A stretch of DNA of 64,000 nucleotides from Halocafeteria seosinensis (Eukaryota): positions 1 to 64,000 of the forward strand of contig LVLI01000202.1 in NCBI GenBank assembly GCA_001687465.1, written 5' to 3'. The notes under the pieces were generated by a model, which saw only the letters and a program-made list of their open reading frames with translations, was not told the origin of the DNA and searched no databases. A program made the translations under genes and the position numbers. Shown here in pieces: positions 10,111-24,397 of this stretch (positions within the stretch are counted from its first letter, which is position 1; each line of letters opens with the position of its first letter).

Positions 10111-13100
10111 TTGTAGTTGTAACTATGAAGAGACCCTACCCCGGTATTAGGCTTGACTTCTTCTAATGGCTGTCTTTTGTCCCCCGCGCCAAAGTAGGGA
10201 GACTTTGTATGCTTGCCAGGATTTGGTTTCGGAAGGGGCGTTATCGTGCTGCCACTGTTTGTTGAGGCAGTTGTAGTCTTTGGTGCCTCAGTCTTCCTTT
10301 TTTTGGCAGCGCTCTTCGGAGTGCCTCCTCGACTTTGTGGTCGTTTGGTGTTTTTCTGATTGCTGTTACCATTATTGCTGGAGGAGACTGAAGAACTGCC
10401 AGTTCCAGCACGTGGCGCCGGGGTTAGTCCTTCCGCTTTTAAGTATTCTTTGACCTTATCGACAAAGAACTTTCCAAGCGAGTTGACACGAGCACCAAAG
10501 CCTTCCACCTTCTTGATTTCCTCCAACGTAACAGGGACGTCGCACGCAATTGCCTCAACTACATTCTTCGCACAGAGAGTTTGAGGAGCGGAATTTGGGA
10601 ATTCCTGTTCTGCGTACTTTTCGAAGCGCATCCAGAGGAAATTGTACAAGCCCTCAGTTTTAAATAAGGGCAGTCTTCCATTTGCAAACGGGTTTGATTC
10701 ATCGGGAGAGCCAGTGGCATTGTTCCAACCTCCCTCGTCTTCATCAGATTCACCTTCGTCCAGGCAAATGACCTCTTCCGTGTTAACTGTACCTTGCGTA
10801 TTCGAAGCAGAAGCGGATGTGCGTCCTTTTTTCTCCTTGTCATTGCCGGCAGACTTCCCCTTGGTTGCTGCTTTCTTAGTTTTCTTAGTCTTACTCTGCT
10901 GCTGTTCCTCGGGTCGTTTCTGTTGCTCCACGACGAAAGGTACTACTACCTGTTCTCGAGGATTTTGAAGCAGAGAATGAGCCTTTTGACCTAGTATTAA
11001 TCTGTCGTTGCGGAATCCCATTTGATTTTCGACGGGTTTTTCGCTGATATAGCCTTGCATAGCCAGGTGCTGGATTATCGTCTGAGCGTCTTTCTTTAGA
11101 TATTTGGCCCCTAGTCCGTAAACTTCACTGCTTTCCAAAGACTCGAATCTGGCTCGGTTGCGTTTGTCAAACTTCCCCCCTGTGTACAAGGTGACCAGCT
11201 GTTTCAGAGTCAGCTGTGAATGGTGTTGTTTGAGCAAACGGACGATAGCCTTGGCGTCCTCCGTCACGTCAATGTTCTTCTCTTCCTTGGCGTTCTTGCA
11301 GTTATCGCAAGTCTTTCTGCAAGCGCTCTTGTCGAAGCTTTCCCCAAAGAATTGCAATATCATGCTCCTTCTGCAGCGCACCTGGTTTTCGCAATAATTT
11401 ATAATTGAACTTAAATTATCAAGCTGGAACTGTAGTTGCGATTGCTTTGTCACACTTTCTCGTATCAATTTTTCGATACGGCGCCTGTCCGAAAAGTGGT
11501 AATAGAGAATGCAATCCGCTGATTTACCGTCGCGACCCGCTCTACCAGATTCCTGGTAATAATGCGTCAAGCTTTTCGGTAATGAATGGTGGATTACGTA
11601 TCTCACATCTGGCTTGTTGATCCCCATCCCAAAGGCAACTGTTGCGCAAATTACAGGGACTTTGTCTCTGCTCCAGAGGGTATGGCACTTCTCTTTCGTG
11701 CGCTTGTCCTCAATCCCTGCGTGATAGTAAGTGGCTGTGCCTTCACCGAGTTCTTTGTTAATCTTCGATGCCATTTCTTCACAGTCGTTCCTACTCAAGC
11801 AATATACGATACCACTATGCTTTGGTCTCTCTCTGATGTAATCGACAATCTGCTGATTGACTTTTCTCTTAGGAATGACATAGTATCTAAGGTTTGGTCG
11901 GTTAAACGACTGCTTGAAAACAACAGTGCTCCTGCTCATCCGAAGAGCACCAACGACGTCCTTTACCACATGATGGGTGGCCGTAGCCGTCAGTGCCATA
12001 AGCGGGACATGGGGAAACGTCCTTTTCAGTCTACTCAGCATTAAATAATCTGGACGAAAATCATGCCCCCACTGACTCACACAATGTGCCTCATCAATTA
12101 CAAATCTGTTAAGCTCTCCCCGTTCATCAACTTTCCCTAGCATGCGAAAGAGGCTATCACTTTGTGATACCTTTTCCGGGGTGATATAAAGCAGATTGAC
12201 CTCTGTACGGGGAGACCATAGGCGCGATATGACTCGACGTCGATCTTCTTCACTTTGGTCTGATGACAACAACTCTGCTTCGACGTTTATGGCCCGCATT
12301 TGTTCAACTTGATCTTGCATCAAACTGAGTAATGGAGAAACAACGACGGTTAGGCCTTTTTGCATGCATGCAGGGAGCTGGTAGCAAAGCGACTTCCCAC
12401 CTCCCGTAGGCATTAACACGAAGACATCATAATTAGCTAGAGCAGCAGCCACGACTCCTGCTTGCTTTCCTCGAAAGGCTTGATGACCGAATATATCCCT
12501 ATTGGCAGCTGCTGCCTCTTCGTATGAAACACCATAACGTCGAAAATATTCCTGTGGGGCCAAGGAGTCGTCTTCCGTAGCTTCCGCATGCGCGCGTTCT
12601 TCTTTGTCCTCATTTGGTTCGAAATGTGATGATGCATTCAGAAAACCACTATTTTTTAGCGAGCCACGCCCAAAATTCTCTAGGATATCGGCAGTTGCAG
12701 CAGCCACAGAGGGATCGTCGAAGTCTGGGAATAAATTAGCATACTCATCGCTATCCGTTGTCGCCGTATCTGTCATGGTGCCAGTGGTTGGTACCGAGGC
12801 AGGCCCACTATTTACAGTATTTTCGGCTTGCCCAGTGAAGGAGTCGCCTCCCTCGCGGAAATCCATATCAACATCGTCATCACCCCATAGAGCCGCAATG
12901 TCTTCTTCTACGTCCCACATATCTGTATCTCTGGTACCTGGCGTTGTAGGAGCCTTCGAAGTTGTACCGGTGTAGGTAGGGGTGTGAGAAACACTGCCTC
13001 CTGTTTGAGCACGTGGCGCTGTTTCACGGTCACGCGTTTCATATGAGTTTGTCTCCGCAATATTTGCCGTAATGAGGGCAGAGGTAGCCCTATGTTGCTG

Positions 13101-14061
13101 TTGTTTACGTTTGAGCGCTGCGAGGCGGTTTTCAGCCACTTGGATTTGAGTGCTTAGCTTGTTGTTGCGTTCTACGTCTTGCGGATCAAGCATGCCTTCC
13201 CCGGTAGTCAACATAGACGACAGCTTGAGTGCTAATTGCTGCCTTTCTTCTTTCAGCTCCTTGATACGCTTCTCCGCAGCCTCAATATCGTCGGTTAAAT
13301 GATCGTATCCTCCAGCAGGTACTGAATCCCGTGGAGCCTGATCGTTACGCCCACTCGATGGTAACCCAGGTTCCGGAGTGAGTAGAGGATTCGTCGTGTG
13401 TGTGTGAGCATGCCCGTTATGATCTGATGTCATCGAAACGCCTTGGTAGGGTCGATTAGATCCTTCAGTCGAAAAGGAACCTTCGTCAAGGACCGCAGCT
13501 AGAACGTTATCGTCCAAGTCGTCATTATGAGGAAGAGTTGGAGCGGTTCGTCTATTGTCTCGTTGTGGACGTCGGTCCACAGAATCCGTCGCTGGATGTC
13601 TCTCATTGGAAGTGCTAGCTGTATGCAAACTGACGCGACTGCTCATTGGGCCATCTGCAGAGCCAGTGACAGCTTCTTTCCGATTGGAACAGCTAGCTGT
13701 ATGCGTATTGGGGCGAGCGCCCATCGGCCCATCTTTGACTACTTTGTCAAGATCTTTGAATGGCACTTTAATCAAAGATTCATCGACCGGTGCTAGCTGT
13801 GTCCAAGAGGATCTGTACAAGAGCGTGCCAAAGATTACAGGTCAAAAGCTACCCTGGGCTGTATCCACCCTCACTTACATGTCTCCACATCTGTGATCAC
13901 CAGACAGCACTTTTCCCCTGTCCAGTGAAGCATAATATGACTCAGATGGATTCTGCGCCCCCTATATCGCGTCAAGAATAGCGCAGCTGACTGTCAATGG
14001 ACGACGTGCTTACCTCGTGAAGCTTGGCAAGATGCTTGTCAAGATTGTTTCGAACCGGCAT
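10104..14061 (-). CDS. BLM: RecQ-family DNA helicase, BLM/Sgs1-like
   Basis: Motifs MPTGGGKSLCYQLP, VIDEAHCVSQWGHDFRPDY, ATVAFGMGINKPDVR and QESGRAGRDG; RQC Zn site CRR...CRKTCDNC; HRDC-like C-terminus. A short first exon MPVRNNLDKHL (14061-14014) carries the BLM-type NNL motif and ends at GTAAG. Confidence 0.93.
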
Positions 14062-14809
14062 TCTCACTGCTTCAGCAGCTAATCAATGCAACAAAACTGA
14101 CCCACTTCGACCAAGCTCTGTATGTTGTATTCAGGCAAAGCTACAGAACATAAGAGATGGGAAGGTCGTTCTTTTGGCAAATTCTCTTTGCTCTGATGTC
14201 TAAACGGCAGGCTTTATTATCACTCTCCAGCTTGCCACCACAACAGTCCACTAGCTGTTGGCAATGGCCATCGATACCTCAGATCCTGAGAATGTATGTC
14301 TTGGTGTGAAAGTCTAGATTTAATGCTATATAGAGCTGATAAACTAAAACAAGAATTCTTCCATCGTTCTTCTGTAGCAACGCTATCCAAGAACAGACAC
14401 CGGTCAAGCCTATTCAGCTTTATATCGATATGATGACATACATTATTTCGCGATCTTTTATCAACCCTATTGTTGTGGGCAACTTGTGCTTTGTATAATT
14501 GAAGCCGTAAAGTCGAACAACGATAGGTGTATTTGAATTGTGGAATTCAAATAGAGAAGTGAGTAATCCCCTCCCCCTTCAAGGGGGCCCTTGGTTTGAA
14601 GGTTCCAGTTGGAGCTCATGTCGTCTATTCCTTATGAATAAATACGTCTTTTTATCTTAGACGAATTCAAAAGTACTCGTGCATTGAAATTTGGTACAGT
14701 AGCTACTACCGGGGTCGTACTTCCCCATGCAGAATTGTGGACAATAGCAGTGTCACAATACCTAGTCAGAATAACCTTAAAACGTGAGAATCAATCCATT
14801 AAGTTATAA

Positions 14810-15823
14810 TTATTGTCCATATGTCATTGCCGTCTTAAGGTATTCCTCTTCTTCTGGAGTATTTGTTCGTCCCAATGACTTGTTACGGTAAGGAAATCTT
14901 CCGAATCTGTCAACGCTAAACCACCTGTATACTAAACTTTGTTGAAACAAGTTTCGCACATAAAATTAAATTACCTTTTAATTACGTTATAGTGGTCCAT
15001 GAGTATGTCACGAGTGGATCCATCTTCAAACATTTTTAGCTGTCACGGACATAGCAACAACACTCTCTCGGTCAGATCTTCACTTCTAGCTGGACATTCG
15101 CTATATTGTTACCTTGGTAAATTCCTCGACGCTCTTTTCTTGGAGATCCATGTCTTCCGCGTGCATCAGTGGAGTCAGTGCAAAAAGCCGCATTGTTTCA
15201 GGCAGTGCATCCCACCTCCGGTCTGACAAACCCTTGAGACACAGTTCTTGAGCCTGCTTTGACAGCTTTATATATTAAACCCTACCATTCCTTGAACAAA
15301 GGCAGCGTATGAACTCACATATTTGTCGTACGCAAAAGCTTTCTCAGTCCCTCTGTAAATGTTCCTGGGAAACTGGTCTAGGAGAATGGTTTTGGCCAGT
15401 CCTCCCATGGTAGTCTTGTTCCACTCGTCCAAACTAGCTGTGTGCAAACGTCGAATGCACGCTATAAACGAATAGCGGAGTCGCTTAATGATATTGTTCC
15501 CTTACAAGCATCTTCTTCAAACCGAAGCAAAAGTGGTTCAAATTGTTCACGAAGTTGGCGGTCGAGTTCCTTACTAGACTGGAACCACCATCTGCGGTAT
15601 GCAAGAATAGCACATCCAGTGGGCAATAGTTAATAGGTTAGAAGGCGATTAATTTCCACTTGGCTTACGGCTGGAATTGTGAAGTGCCTTTGTCGTCCGC
15701 TTCTGGAAACCAAAACGAAAGAACTGGAAACCATGGTTGACCGTCCTCGCGCTTCACTAGGTCTGGTAAGTTAGTGCTGCAATCTCCGGCGGAAGTGCAA
15801 AACGAGGAAGAAGCAGATGACAT
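14810..15823 (-). CDS. DUF924 family protein (intron-rich)
   Basis: Exon pieces read by eye: VLSFWF, ILLDQFPRNIYRGTEKAFAYD, PLMHAEDMDLQEKSV and FGRFPYRNKSLGRTNTPEEEEYL. These are hallmark DUF924 motifs. Confidence 0.85.
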
Positions 15824-17234
15824 CGTAGACGTGTATGATAGAGAGAGCACCGAAATAAGATTATAAATGCCCCCACAGACACCTCTAAACGGTACGCTCC
15901 TGTAGATGGAAGATCGCACAACTCCTCGAGTCCGAGGCTTTTTGGTACACTGATACAAGGATCGACGCAACATACCCCACTTTAAATGTATTTCTAGCTA
16001 TGCGGATTCAAGATAACAAACCAAGAATGACCAGGCTCTGTAGAGGATAAAGTCGTCGTAAACACAGCGTACTGGGGTTTCTAGAAAGTATGTCTTTTGG
16101 TTGCTTCTAGAAACCCATGTTGTGAAGTAGTCTAAGCTACTACCGCACCGCCGCGGACTCCGCGGAGTACGACATAGAGGAGAAGAACTGGTGACAATGC
16201 TCTCTGAGTTGGAGCACCTCGTTGCATTTCGTACGAGTAGATAGTAAGCCTTTCATTAACGACGATACGCAGACTAATCAGAGGTAGTGCGGCCGGAGCG
16301 TTGAAGTTCCACCGTAATGGCGTTTGCGCCGTGTATCCTTTGGCGATCAATTGAGCACAGAACTTATTTGAAACAAATGGGCTATCTCACACCCTCAATG
16401 TTCTCGTTCTAGCCAGCTGAGCACAGTTCCTTCCTGGTCCTTTGCAACGTGGTTTACATAGCTACAGGGGTTGTACAATTGTATTGAATCTTGTTAGACT
16501 CTTGTGCAAATTTCGGCAGAAAATGCTCTGAAAGTGTATGTAGTGTATTTTGCAATAGGGATATCCAGATGCAACTCTACAGGTCGACTGGAACTTCCAA
16601 GTTGGCTTCTTGAGTTCTTGGATGAGAAGCTTGTTCCGTGGTTGACGTTGTCTACAACTCATTAAAATAACATTCGATTTTGGGTATCTGTGCTATCTGA
16701 TTGTATGATCAACCCTTCCATTAGCATGCTCACAATGTTATGAGCCTCCTTCAGAACGTGGTACTGTATGGCACCAGTGCTACCAAGGCGGTAAATTGCG
16801 GTAGATCCTTGCCGCAGTTGCAGTGCCGCTGGACAGACAACTCGCTTCACAAACATGCCAAGCTACCGGATTCTGCTTTAATCATTAGAGTTTAACACTT
16901 GTAATTCCGCGGTTTGACGTGCTCGGATGGTGCTTATCTTGGGATTCGCAAGTGTTTCTATTAAGCATCCAGGCTGGTAACGGCAGCACTCGTACTTCAT
17001 TGAAGAAGTTGTTCGGAATAGACTTCGGTAGATGATTCAGTGGCGTCTATACGCTTGTTATGGCGCTTCATATCGAATATCTATAACATAGAAGGACTGC
17101 CATTCGGAGTGAATATACAATACGTTGGGAGGTTTAAATCGGACCAGCCAGAGACAGCTATATCAGTGGAAACCTTAAGGGACAAAGCGAACACGCACGC
17201 AGAGAGTTAGAGAGAGTTCCCGAGAACACGAATA

Positions 17235-18401
17235 ATGGTTGATGCCAAAGACGAAGCTACAGATTCTGCAACATATTCACAAGTCGCTGATGGTTCATAT
17301 GCGCAAGCAGGGCGAGGGACCCGCTGTGTCCAGGAGAGCGAACACGTGCGAAGTCCCAAACAGCAGCCCATTGAAGCAGACAACCAAGGCACAACGGCCA
17401 AGAAAACATCATATGCTGTATCGAAATCGTTCATTGCCGGTGGTATTGCTGGATCTACAGCCAAAACGTGTATTGCACCGTTGGATCGTGCAAAAATATT
17501 GTTCCAAACGAGCAAACGTGCCTTCAGTATACGCGCTGCCCTTGCTGTTCTGTACGACATTGCAAGAGAGGAAGGCTTCAGAGCGATGTGGAGGGGCAAC
17601 AGCGCTACAGTAGCACGTGTTTATCCTTATTCTGGGATCCAGTTAATGTCTTTTGATCAGTTCAAGAAGATCGTATTAAAACTACACGGGAAGGACCGCA
17701 CAAGACTAAGGAAGAGAGAAAAATTTCTGTGTGGTGCTTCCGCTGGCGCAGTCTCTGTTATGATTACCTACCCATTGGATTTAATGCGCGCAAAACTGGC
17801 GGTACAGCGCGGAGAAAACAGGTACTACAAAGGAATGAGTAAGTAACTCGTGGTCTTTGGTGTTCTGGTATCCAGATGTTCACGTGGTTTTCCTGTGTTC
17901 TTAAATGCCTACACAGTCGACGCGTTTCGTAAAGTCATTAAGCAGGATGGTATACTAGGTTTATATAGAGGATTGACTCCGACGATTCTAGGCATTTTGC
18001 CGTACGCTGGTCTGTCGTTCTTTACCTATCACCAGCTTCAACAAGTTCTCTCTGACAGAACGGGAAAGAAGGCTTCCATGATCCAAAAAATGGGATGTGG
18101 AGCTGTGGCTGGATTGGTAGGACAGTCTTTCACGTACCCCTTAGATATTGCCCGTCGACGGATGCAAACATACACACCAAAAGGGATAGAAGATTCTGCT
18201 ACCAATCCTGAGACAAGGACAGTGCCACAACAGATGTTGCGAATGACTGAAATCCTGGTAACCGTGTCCCGGAATGAAGGAATCAAAAAAGGACTATTCA
18301 AGGGTCTATCGATGAATTGGATAAAGGGCCCCATTAGCGTTAGCATTAGCTTCACTACATTCGATTTGTTGAAAAGATTCATGCACATCGAGAATGCTTG
18401 A
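17235..18401 (+). CDS. Mitochondrial carrier protein, CoA transporter (SLC25A42/Leu5)-like, 2 exons
   Basis: Three Px(D/E)xx(K/R) repeats (APLDRAK, YPLDLMR, YPLDIARRRMQ), plus WRGNSATVARVYPY and LFKGLSMNWIKGPI. Intron at about 17839-17916. Confidence 0.9.
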
Positions 18402-19521
18402 GAGGAAACATGGAAAAATAAGGTGGAGGGCAGTGTCAGTCCCTAGTTAACCTTATTACTCAAGCGACTTCCATTCTCTGCGGTGGAATAATTGTTTCAG
18501 GTGGTATTTCATCTGATTTTTACCGGGGTTTCTACACCACCACCTGTATCGGCTACGCCCTACCGGTATATTCTGCCAAAATAAAATCCGAACCTCCACG
18601 CACAAGAACCCGCTCCTCATCGAAAACGGTGTCTTTGCCCTTTTGGAATGAAACATTTCCCGTTGTCGCGAATACTACCAGCGAGACGAACACGTTGCAA
18701 TTCATCAGTTCGGGCTTGAGAGGTTTGCTGTCCTCCTCGACCAGGATCTTGTTCCCAAATACGTGCCCCCCTCGTGCCGCTTTGCTTGAAACATTGCAAA
18801 TGATTGAGGCCACTAACATACCCCAATCTCAAGATAGCATCCTCGCTGCTTGACTTCTCGGTGCGAATATAATAGCGATTCGTTCCAAGTTTTTATGAAG
18901 GACTATCCAATCTCGCAACACGAGGCTGATACCCTCAGTTTTGGGGAGTCCGTGGTTATCGAATCGATGGGCTTATTTATAAACTTAAACACAGTTTCAC
19001 TTCTTTCTTTCTTGTTGTAGTCAACTTGTGGGTTCTTGTCGTGGCCGTGATAGTACCACGCTTTATCGCTGGCAGTGTATGAACGCCATCAATTCGAGCT
19101 TCGAAACTCCCAAACTCTGATCCATTCAAACTTTGAATTTCAAAGCGAGTAGCATGTCGAATTCTCGCAAAATCGAAAAGAGGACGGACCGCCTAGAAAC
19201 TTCCATCGCCATTAGTATCCTATACTTCTACACAGGTAATCCATACAACAAGCATAAATAAATCACCTGCTTGATCCAGGTCCCTCCAAAGCCCTAGCAT
19301 TGCTAGCAACTACAATCGTTGCTAACAATGCAGCTGAAAACTAAGTAGACGAAAAGTTTGCCATTTCGACATCACACAAACACACCAGTGCATTGCAATG
19401 TCGATTAGTCATTAGTGGTTCCATCTGGCTTGCTTCTAGGTAGTATTCTCTTGTATTAACACTCAGCTAAGGTGTTGGTTGTTAGGTGCACCGTATCGAG
19501 GTGTAGAACAGACGAATAAAG

Positions 19522-22283
19522 ATGTCCTCCACAAAAAAGACCAAGATCTCGCTACGTGATATACCGCGTATGGACGAGGCGAAGATGCGTATGGCTCTCA
19601 AACAGCTCTCTGATGACAAGGACACCGATTGGGAATCACAATCACGCGATAACCTGGCGTCAAAGCTTGTGGAAACTATAAAACAACATGGAAACAAAAC
19701 TGAAGTGGAGCTCCCTGTGGAGCAAAAGGCTTCCTCTTCCTCCCATAATGACGCCAGAGATGACCATTCCTCTTCGGAACAAAGTAGTCGAAAGACTAGA
19801 AGAGACCCATACGAAAACGGACAGCAAGGGGAAGAGGATGACGAGGACGTGGGACCGGCGGTCCCGGAGACAGCAGCGCCCTTGGTGAAGAAACGACGGA
19901 AAGGTGAGCCATTTTCCAGAGTTGAGTGACTGGTGTCCTTTGGTCACGTTTGAGAAAAGATGTTGTGGTGAATTTTTTGCAGAACTACCACATGAAAATG
20001 TTTACTTGGAAAGTCTTCCGAATGCGGATATGTACGAAAAAAGTTACATGCACCGAACTCCAGTTACGCACATTAAGATATCGCACCAATATGACTTTGT
20101 TATCACGGTGAGTGTTTCCCTGTATCCAGTGGGAGAATAATTACAATCAAGAAATCAGTTGGACTCTTTTAATCTATCAGGCATCTGAAGACGGGCACTT
20201 GAAATTTTGGAAGAAAATGGAACAAGGGGTTGAGTTTGTCAAACACTTCAAATCACATTTGGGAACTATAACAGATATTGATATTTCGTACGATGGCTCC
20301 AAATTACTTAGTGTCGCTGAAGACTGTGCGATGAAGATCTATGATGTCATTAATTTTGATATGATGCACATGCTTCGCCTTGGTTTTGTCCCTTCCTGTG
20401 CAAAAGTAAGTTTTCGGGTTGCTCACCCTTTTAAATTGAGCTAGAATGCAGTTTGTGACCGCACCACCCTTCCTTGTTTCAGTGGATTTATCCTAGCGCT
20501 TCTTCGCCTCTGTTGGTGGCTGTAGCCGCACGAGGCGAGAATAACATCTACATATACGATGTAGAGAAAGGCAATGAGCCAATCAGCGTTGTAACACTGC
20601 ATTCGTAAGTGCTTCAGACCGAATTTTCGGTCTATTGTCTAGGGCCATATACGTGAGATCGTTTTACAGAGCATCCGTGCTATGTATGAGTTATAATCAA
20701 AAGTATAACACTGTCATTTCAACGGATGCAAGGGGGACTATTGAGTACTGGAAGAGTGATACCTTTGAACCGCCGGGAAAAGACATTACGCGGTTCTCGC
20801 TGAAGGTAGGCGTCCGTTAATCGAATATGTCTCTCTTCACAGAAGCGTGAGTGCTGGCTAACAACTGCTGCAGATGGATACGTCATTGTATGCGCTGACA
20901 CAAGACAATGCTATTCCATGGTCGATCTCCGTGTCGCATGACGGCGAACGCTTCGTTGTTACGTCAAACGATCGAAAGATCAGAGTGTTTAAGTTCCGAT
21001 CTGGCAAGCTTATGAGAACATACGATGAGAGTCTGGAGGTGTATGAAGAGGCCCAGAAAGCAAGTAAACTGCATCTTGACGATATCGATTATGGAAGAAG
21101 AACAGCAGTAGAGCGTGACATGGAAGAGTCGTTGAACGATGTCACAATGCGAACTACTTCGGCCAACGAAACACAGGCACAGTCCCCTGATACCTACGCC
21201 ATTGGGAAATACGTACCTCCTCCAAATGCCATCTTCGATTATAGTGGTCATTTCGTGATTTATCCTACACTGCTCGGGATTAAGGTTGTAAATATTGAAA
21301 CAAACAAAGTGCGCAAGTCTTTGGGTCGAATGGAGCATACCGAGCGCTTTTTGTGCGTAGCATTATATCAGGGCACCCCCAAATTGACCACCCAGCAACG
21401 CCAGTTACAGCAAAAACGGGGAAAATTAACTGGCGATGCATTGGCGGAGGCTCCAAAACCGGACCCTACTGTCTTCTGTGCAGCGTTTCGGAAGCAACGC
21501 TTTTATTTGTTTTCTCGGCGTGAACCTGATGAGGAAGAGGACGAAGGACGGGATGTTTTCAACGAGAAACCGTCTAAAGAAGAAGCAGTAGTTATGGCCG
21601 AGTCCAAACGTAGGGAATCTCTCGGAACGGCGGCGACGCTCCATACTACGCAAGGCGATATATACATAAAATTGTTTCCCGATGAAGCTCCAAAAGCAGT
21701 GGAGAATTTTTGGTAAGTGACCATACTTATGACAGGGACAATTTGCTATTTTAACACTTAAGACTGTGTGCTGCAGTCGTCTCGCCCGTTCGGGATACTA
21801 CGCTCATACAATATTCCATCGTGTGATAAAAGGCTTTATGATTCAAGGGGGTGATCCCAACGTAAGTTAGATGCAGGTATCCTGTGCCAAATTCGATCCT
21901 TGAACCGCGTCGATGTTTGTGCAGGGTGATGGAACCGGTGGAGAGAGTATTTGGGGAGGGGAATTCGAGGATGAATTCCACCGCAATTTGAAGCATGATA
22001 GACCGTTCACAGTATCAATGGCTAACGCCGGCCCGAACACAAACGGGAGTCAGTTTTTTATTACAACAGCTCCTTGCCCCTGGTTGGATAATAAACACAC
22101 GGTATGTCTCTTCGGTTGGGCAGCGCTTTATTCCTGCAGAATGAGTGTGTCATTTCGATGCAGATTTTTGGACGAGTGACCAAGGGTTCCGATACTGTGA
22201 CGAGTATCGAAAACGTTAAAGTAGATAAGACAGACAAGCCGTATGAAGATATCCAGATTGTCAATATTGATATAAAGACATAA
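19522..22283 (+). CDS. PPWD1: WD40 plus cyclophilin peptidyl-prolyl isomerase (multi-exon)
   Basis: Motifs [56 protein letters not shown] and [19 protein letters not shown], with several GT-AG introns. Confidence 0.95.
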
Positions 22284-22303
22284 TTAGCTTGATCTGACTG
22301 TCT

Positions 22304-24397
22304 TCATTTGTTCCCGAGTACTTCGGCCACTTTTTGACCATCAGGAAGTGCAGGAACAGCGGACGAAAACAGCACTCGGTTCTGACCAGTCAGGTACTGT
22401 GTGTAGGACTTTTGTGGACTAGGCGCAGAATTTCTTCTCGTGGTTTCACTATTGTCATGCAGCTGCTCGTTTTCTCCATTTTGTAAATGGGAAGCATCTT
22501 CGGAATACTTTCGTATAGATCTTCGCATTCTCTGAGGCACATCTTCACACTTTTCTTGAATAAACTTCTGGAGCAGTTGCTTCCTCTTCTCTTCACTATG
22601 TTCCCGTCCAGCTGATCGGCTCGAAGGAGTCGTCTCGACCCGTTCATTTCCTTCTGCTTCAGCTCCTGTTCTCAACATCGCCGGTTGAGCCCCCTCTGCC
22701 GGTGTATCGGCTTCTGAACCCACTTCTTGACTATATTGCATCACCAGTTTGTTGAGCTCCGCATCCGTCATTTTATCCGATGGTTGGTCCAGTGTCGTAC
22801 CAGACATATTGCGCGTGAGAGCACCCTCATCATTGTCACGTTTTGCTTTATACTTGTTTAGCCCCTTCCATCGGATTTCTTTGTCCTGAGAGGCAGTTCC
22901 CGATCCTCGATTTCTAGGAACAGGAGGCGGCGGGGGAGGAGTAGGTGGTAACTCTGTGTTGTTCGGATCCTGTTGAGACTGTAGTATGTTATCTCTAGCC
23001 GCCGCTCCTTGCTTCTCGGAATGAAGTCTCGAGAAAACGGTGTCTCGCACTAACGCCTGGGTTTTGTCACTTAAGGAAGGCTTCGATCCTGCCCGTTGAG
23101 AATGTCCAATTCTCCTAGGATTCTTGGACCTCGTAGATCGAGAAGGCTGAGACACCATATGGGAATGCTTTTTTGGGCGTTCGTCAGCCTTTCGCCTTGC
23201 AGTCCTTAATGGTCCATTTTCGTCCTCATTCCATCTATTATTAGTAGCCTTGCTCTTATTGTCATCTTCTTCGTTGATTCTTGACAATAGCTTCTCACGT
23301 ATTCGAGAATATTCTTTTTTGTTTACTCTTCTCTGTTGACTTTTTCCTTCCAAGCTCGGTTGTCCCCTTGGCACGGACTGCTGCTTGGGAACAGCGGGTT
23401 TTCGTTTCTCCCTCTTCGAAGTTGTAGAAGTAGACGGCTTACCGTCCTGCAACCGTGGCGGGGCCTTTGTGGTACTTCTAGAGTTGGTGGGAGGCCTATC
23501 CTCCGAAAATCGCGGCGAGGTGCTTCCAAATGGAGCAGTTTTCCCCAAGCGAGAAGTGCTTGATGGTGAGACTGAGGGTTTTGACTGTGTCGTTCCACCA
23601 GGGGAACGATGAGTACCGTTGTCTGCATGTTGTCCAGCAGCCGAGTTGTAGTCTCTGGTGGTGGAGGAGTTCCCTCCGTCCGTCGCAGAGTTTTGTTTTG
23701 CCGCTGCGTCTTGCGAACTTCGTCTTTGTGCATCTTCTTGCATAATTTGTCTCTTAGCCTCCACAAAGGGCTGGTAGACTGTTTCAAGGTAGGTCTTTAG
23801 GGGCATTGGCCGAGCGGTACTTTCTTCCGGACGGCGAACCATAACATGTGGGACATCGTCGATCATTTTCACACGAACCCTGAGTTTTTCAACAGAATGG
23901 GAATTGCGGCTACCTGTTTTCTGCGCTGTTACTTTTGCCTCTTCAGAAGGAGTCGTTGCAACACTGGGGTCCGCGGTAGTAGCTGGTGTTTCGATAGGTG
24001 GGGCTCCTCCCGTTTCGCCCGCAGAGAGTCTACGAAATTTGATGGGCATAATAGAGCCTTGCTGCGTTGTTACCGAGTTTATGACATTGGCAACGGCACT
24101 CTCCACCGAGTGGCAAGCCGTGGTGTAGGCCAGAGTAACTCCACTATGACGGTTGTCCTCTTCCTGACCATCCGCCGCCGTACTTGTGGTAGCATTCGAC
24201 CCCTTGGAAGGCGACGACTCCCGCGTAGGACTCTTTTTAGAAGGAGATGACGGCGTTTTCGATCGCGTTTTCAGACGTCTCAAGGGATCATTCACAGTAT
24301 ATCTGTAGTCCACGGACGCTCTTTCACATGCCAGACTGGAGACATGCTGTGCAAACTCTTGAATGACATCTCTCCATACTATGGACTCTGTGCTCAT
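22304..24397 (-). CDS. Hypothetical low-complexity (S/T/P/R-rich) protein
   Basis: Uninterrupted ORF of about 700 codons with first ATG at 24397. No recognisable domain. Confidence 0.7.
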   Translation of the reverse strand: MSTESIVWRDVIQEFAQHVSSLACERASVDYRYTVNDPLRRLKTRSKTPSSPSKKSPTRESSPSKGSNATTSTAADGQEEDNRHSGVTLAYTTACHSVESAVANVINSVTTQQGSIMPIKFRRLSAGETGGAPPIETPATTADPSVATTPSEEAKVTAQKTGSRNSHSVEKLRVRVKMIDDVPHVMVRRPEESTARPMPLKTYLETVYQPFVEAKRQIMQEDAQRRSSQDAAAKQNSATDGGNSSTTRDYNSAAGQHADNGTHRSPGGTTQSKPSVSPSSTSRLGKTAPFGSTSPRFSEDRPPTNSRSTTKAPPRLQDGKPSTSTTSKREKRKPAVPKQQSVPRGQPSLEGKSQQRRVNKKEYSRIREKLLSRINEEDDNKSKATNNRWNEDENGPLRTARRKADERPKKHSHMVSQPSRSTRSKNPRRIGHSQRAGSKPSLSDKTQALVRDTVFSRLHSEKQGAAARDNILQSQQDPNNTELPPTPPPPPPVPRNRGSGTASQDKEIRWKGLNKYKAKRDNDEGALTRNMSGTTLDQPSDKMTDAELNKLVMQYSQEVGSEADTPAEGAQPAMLRTGAEAEGNERVETTPSSRSAGREHSEEKRKQLLQKFIQEKCEDVPQRMRRSIRKYSEDASHLQNGENEQLHDNSETTRRNSAPSPQKSYTQYLTGQNRVLFSSAVPALPDGQKVAEVLGNK

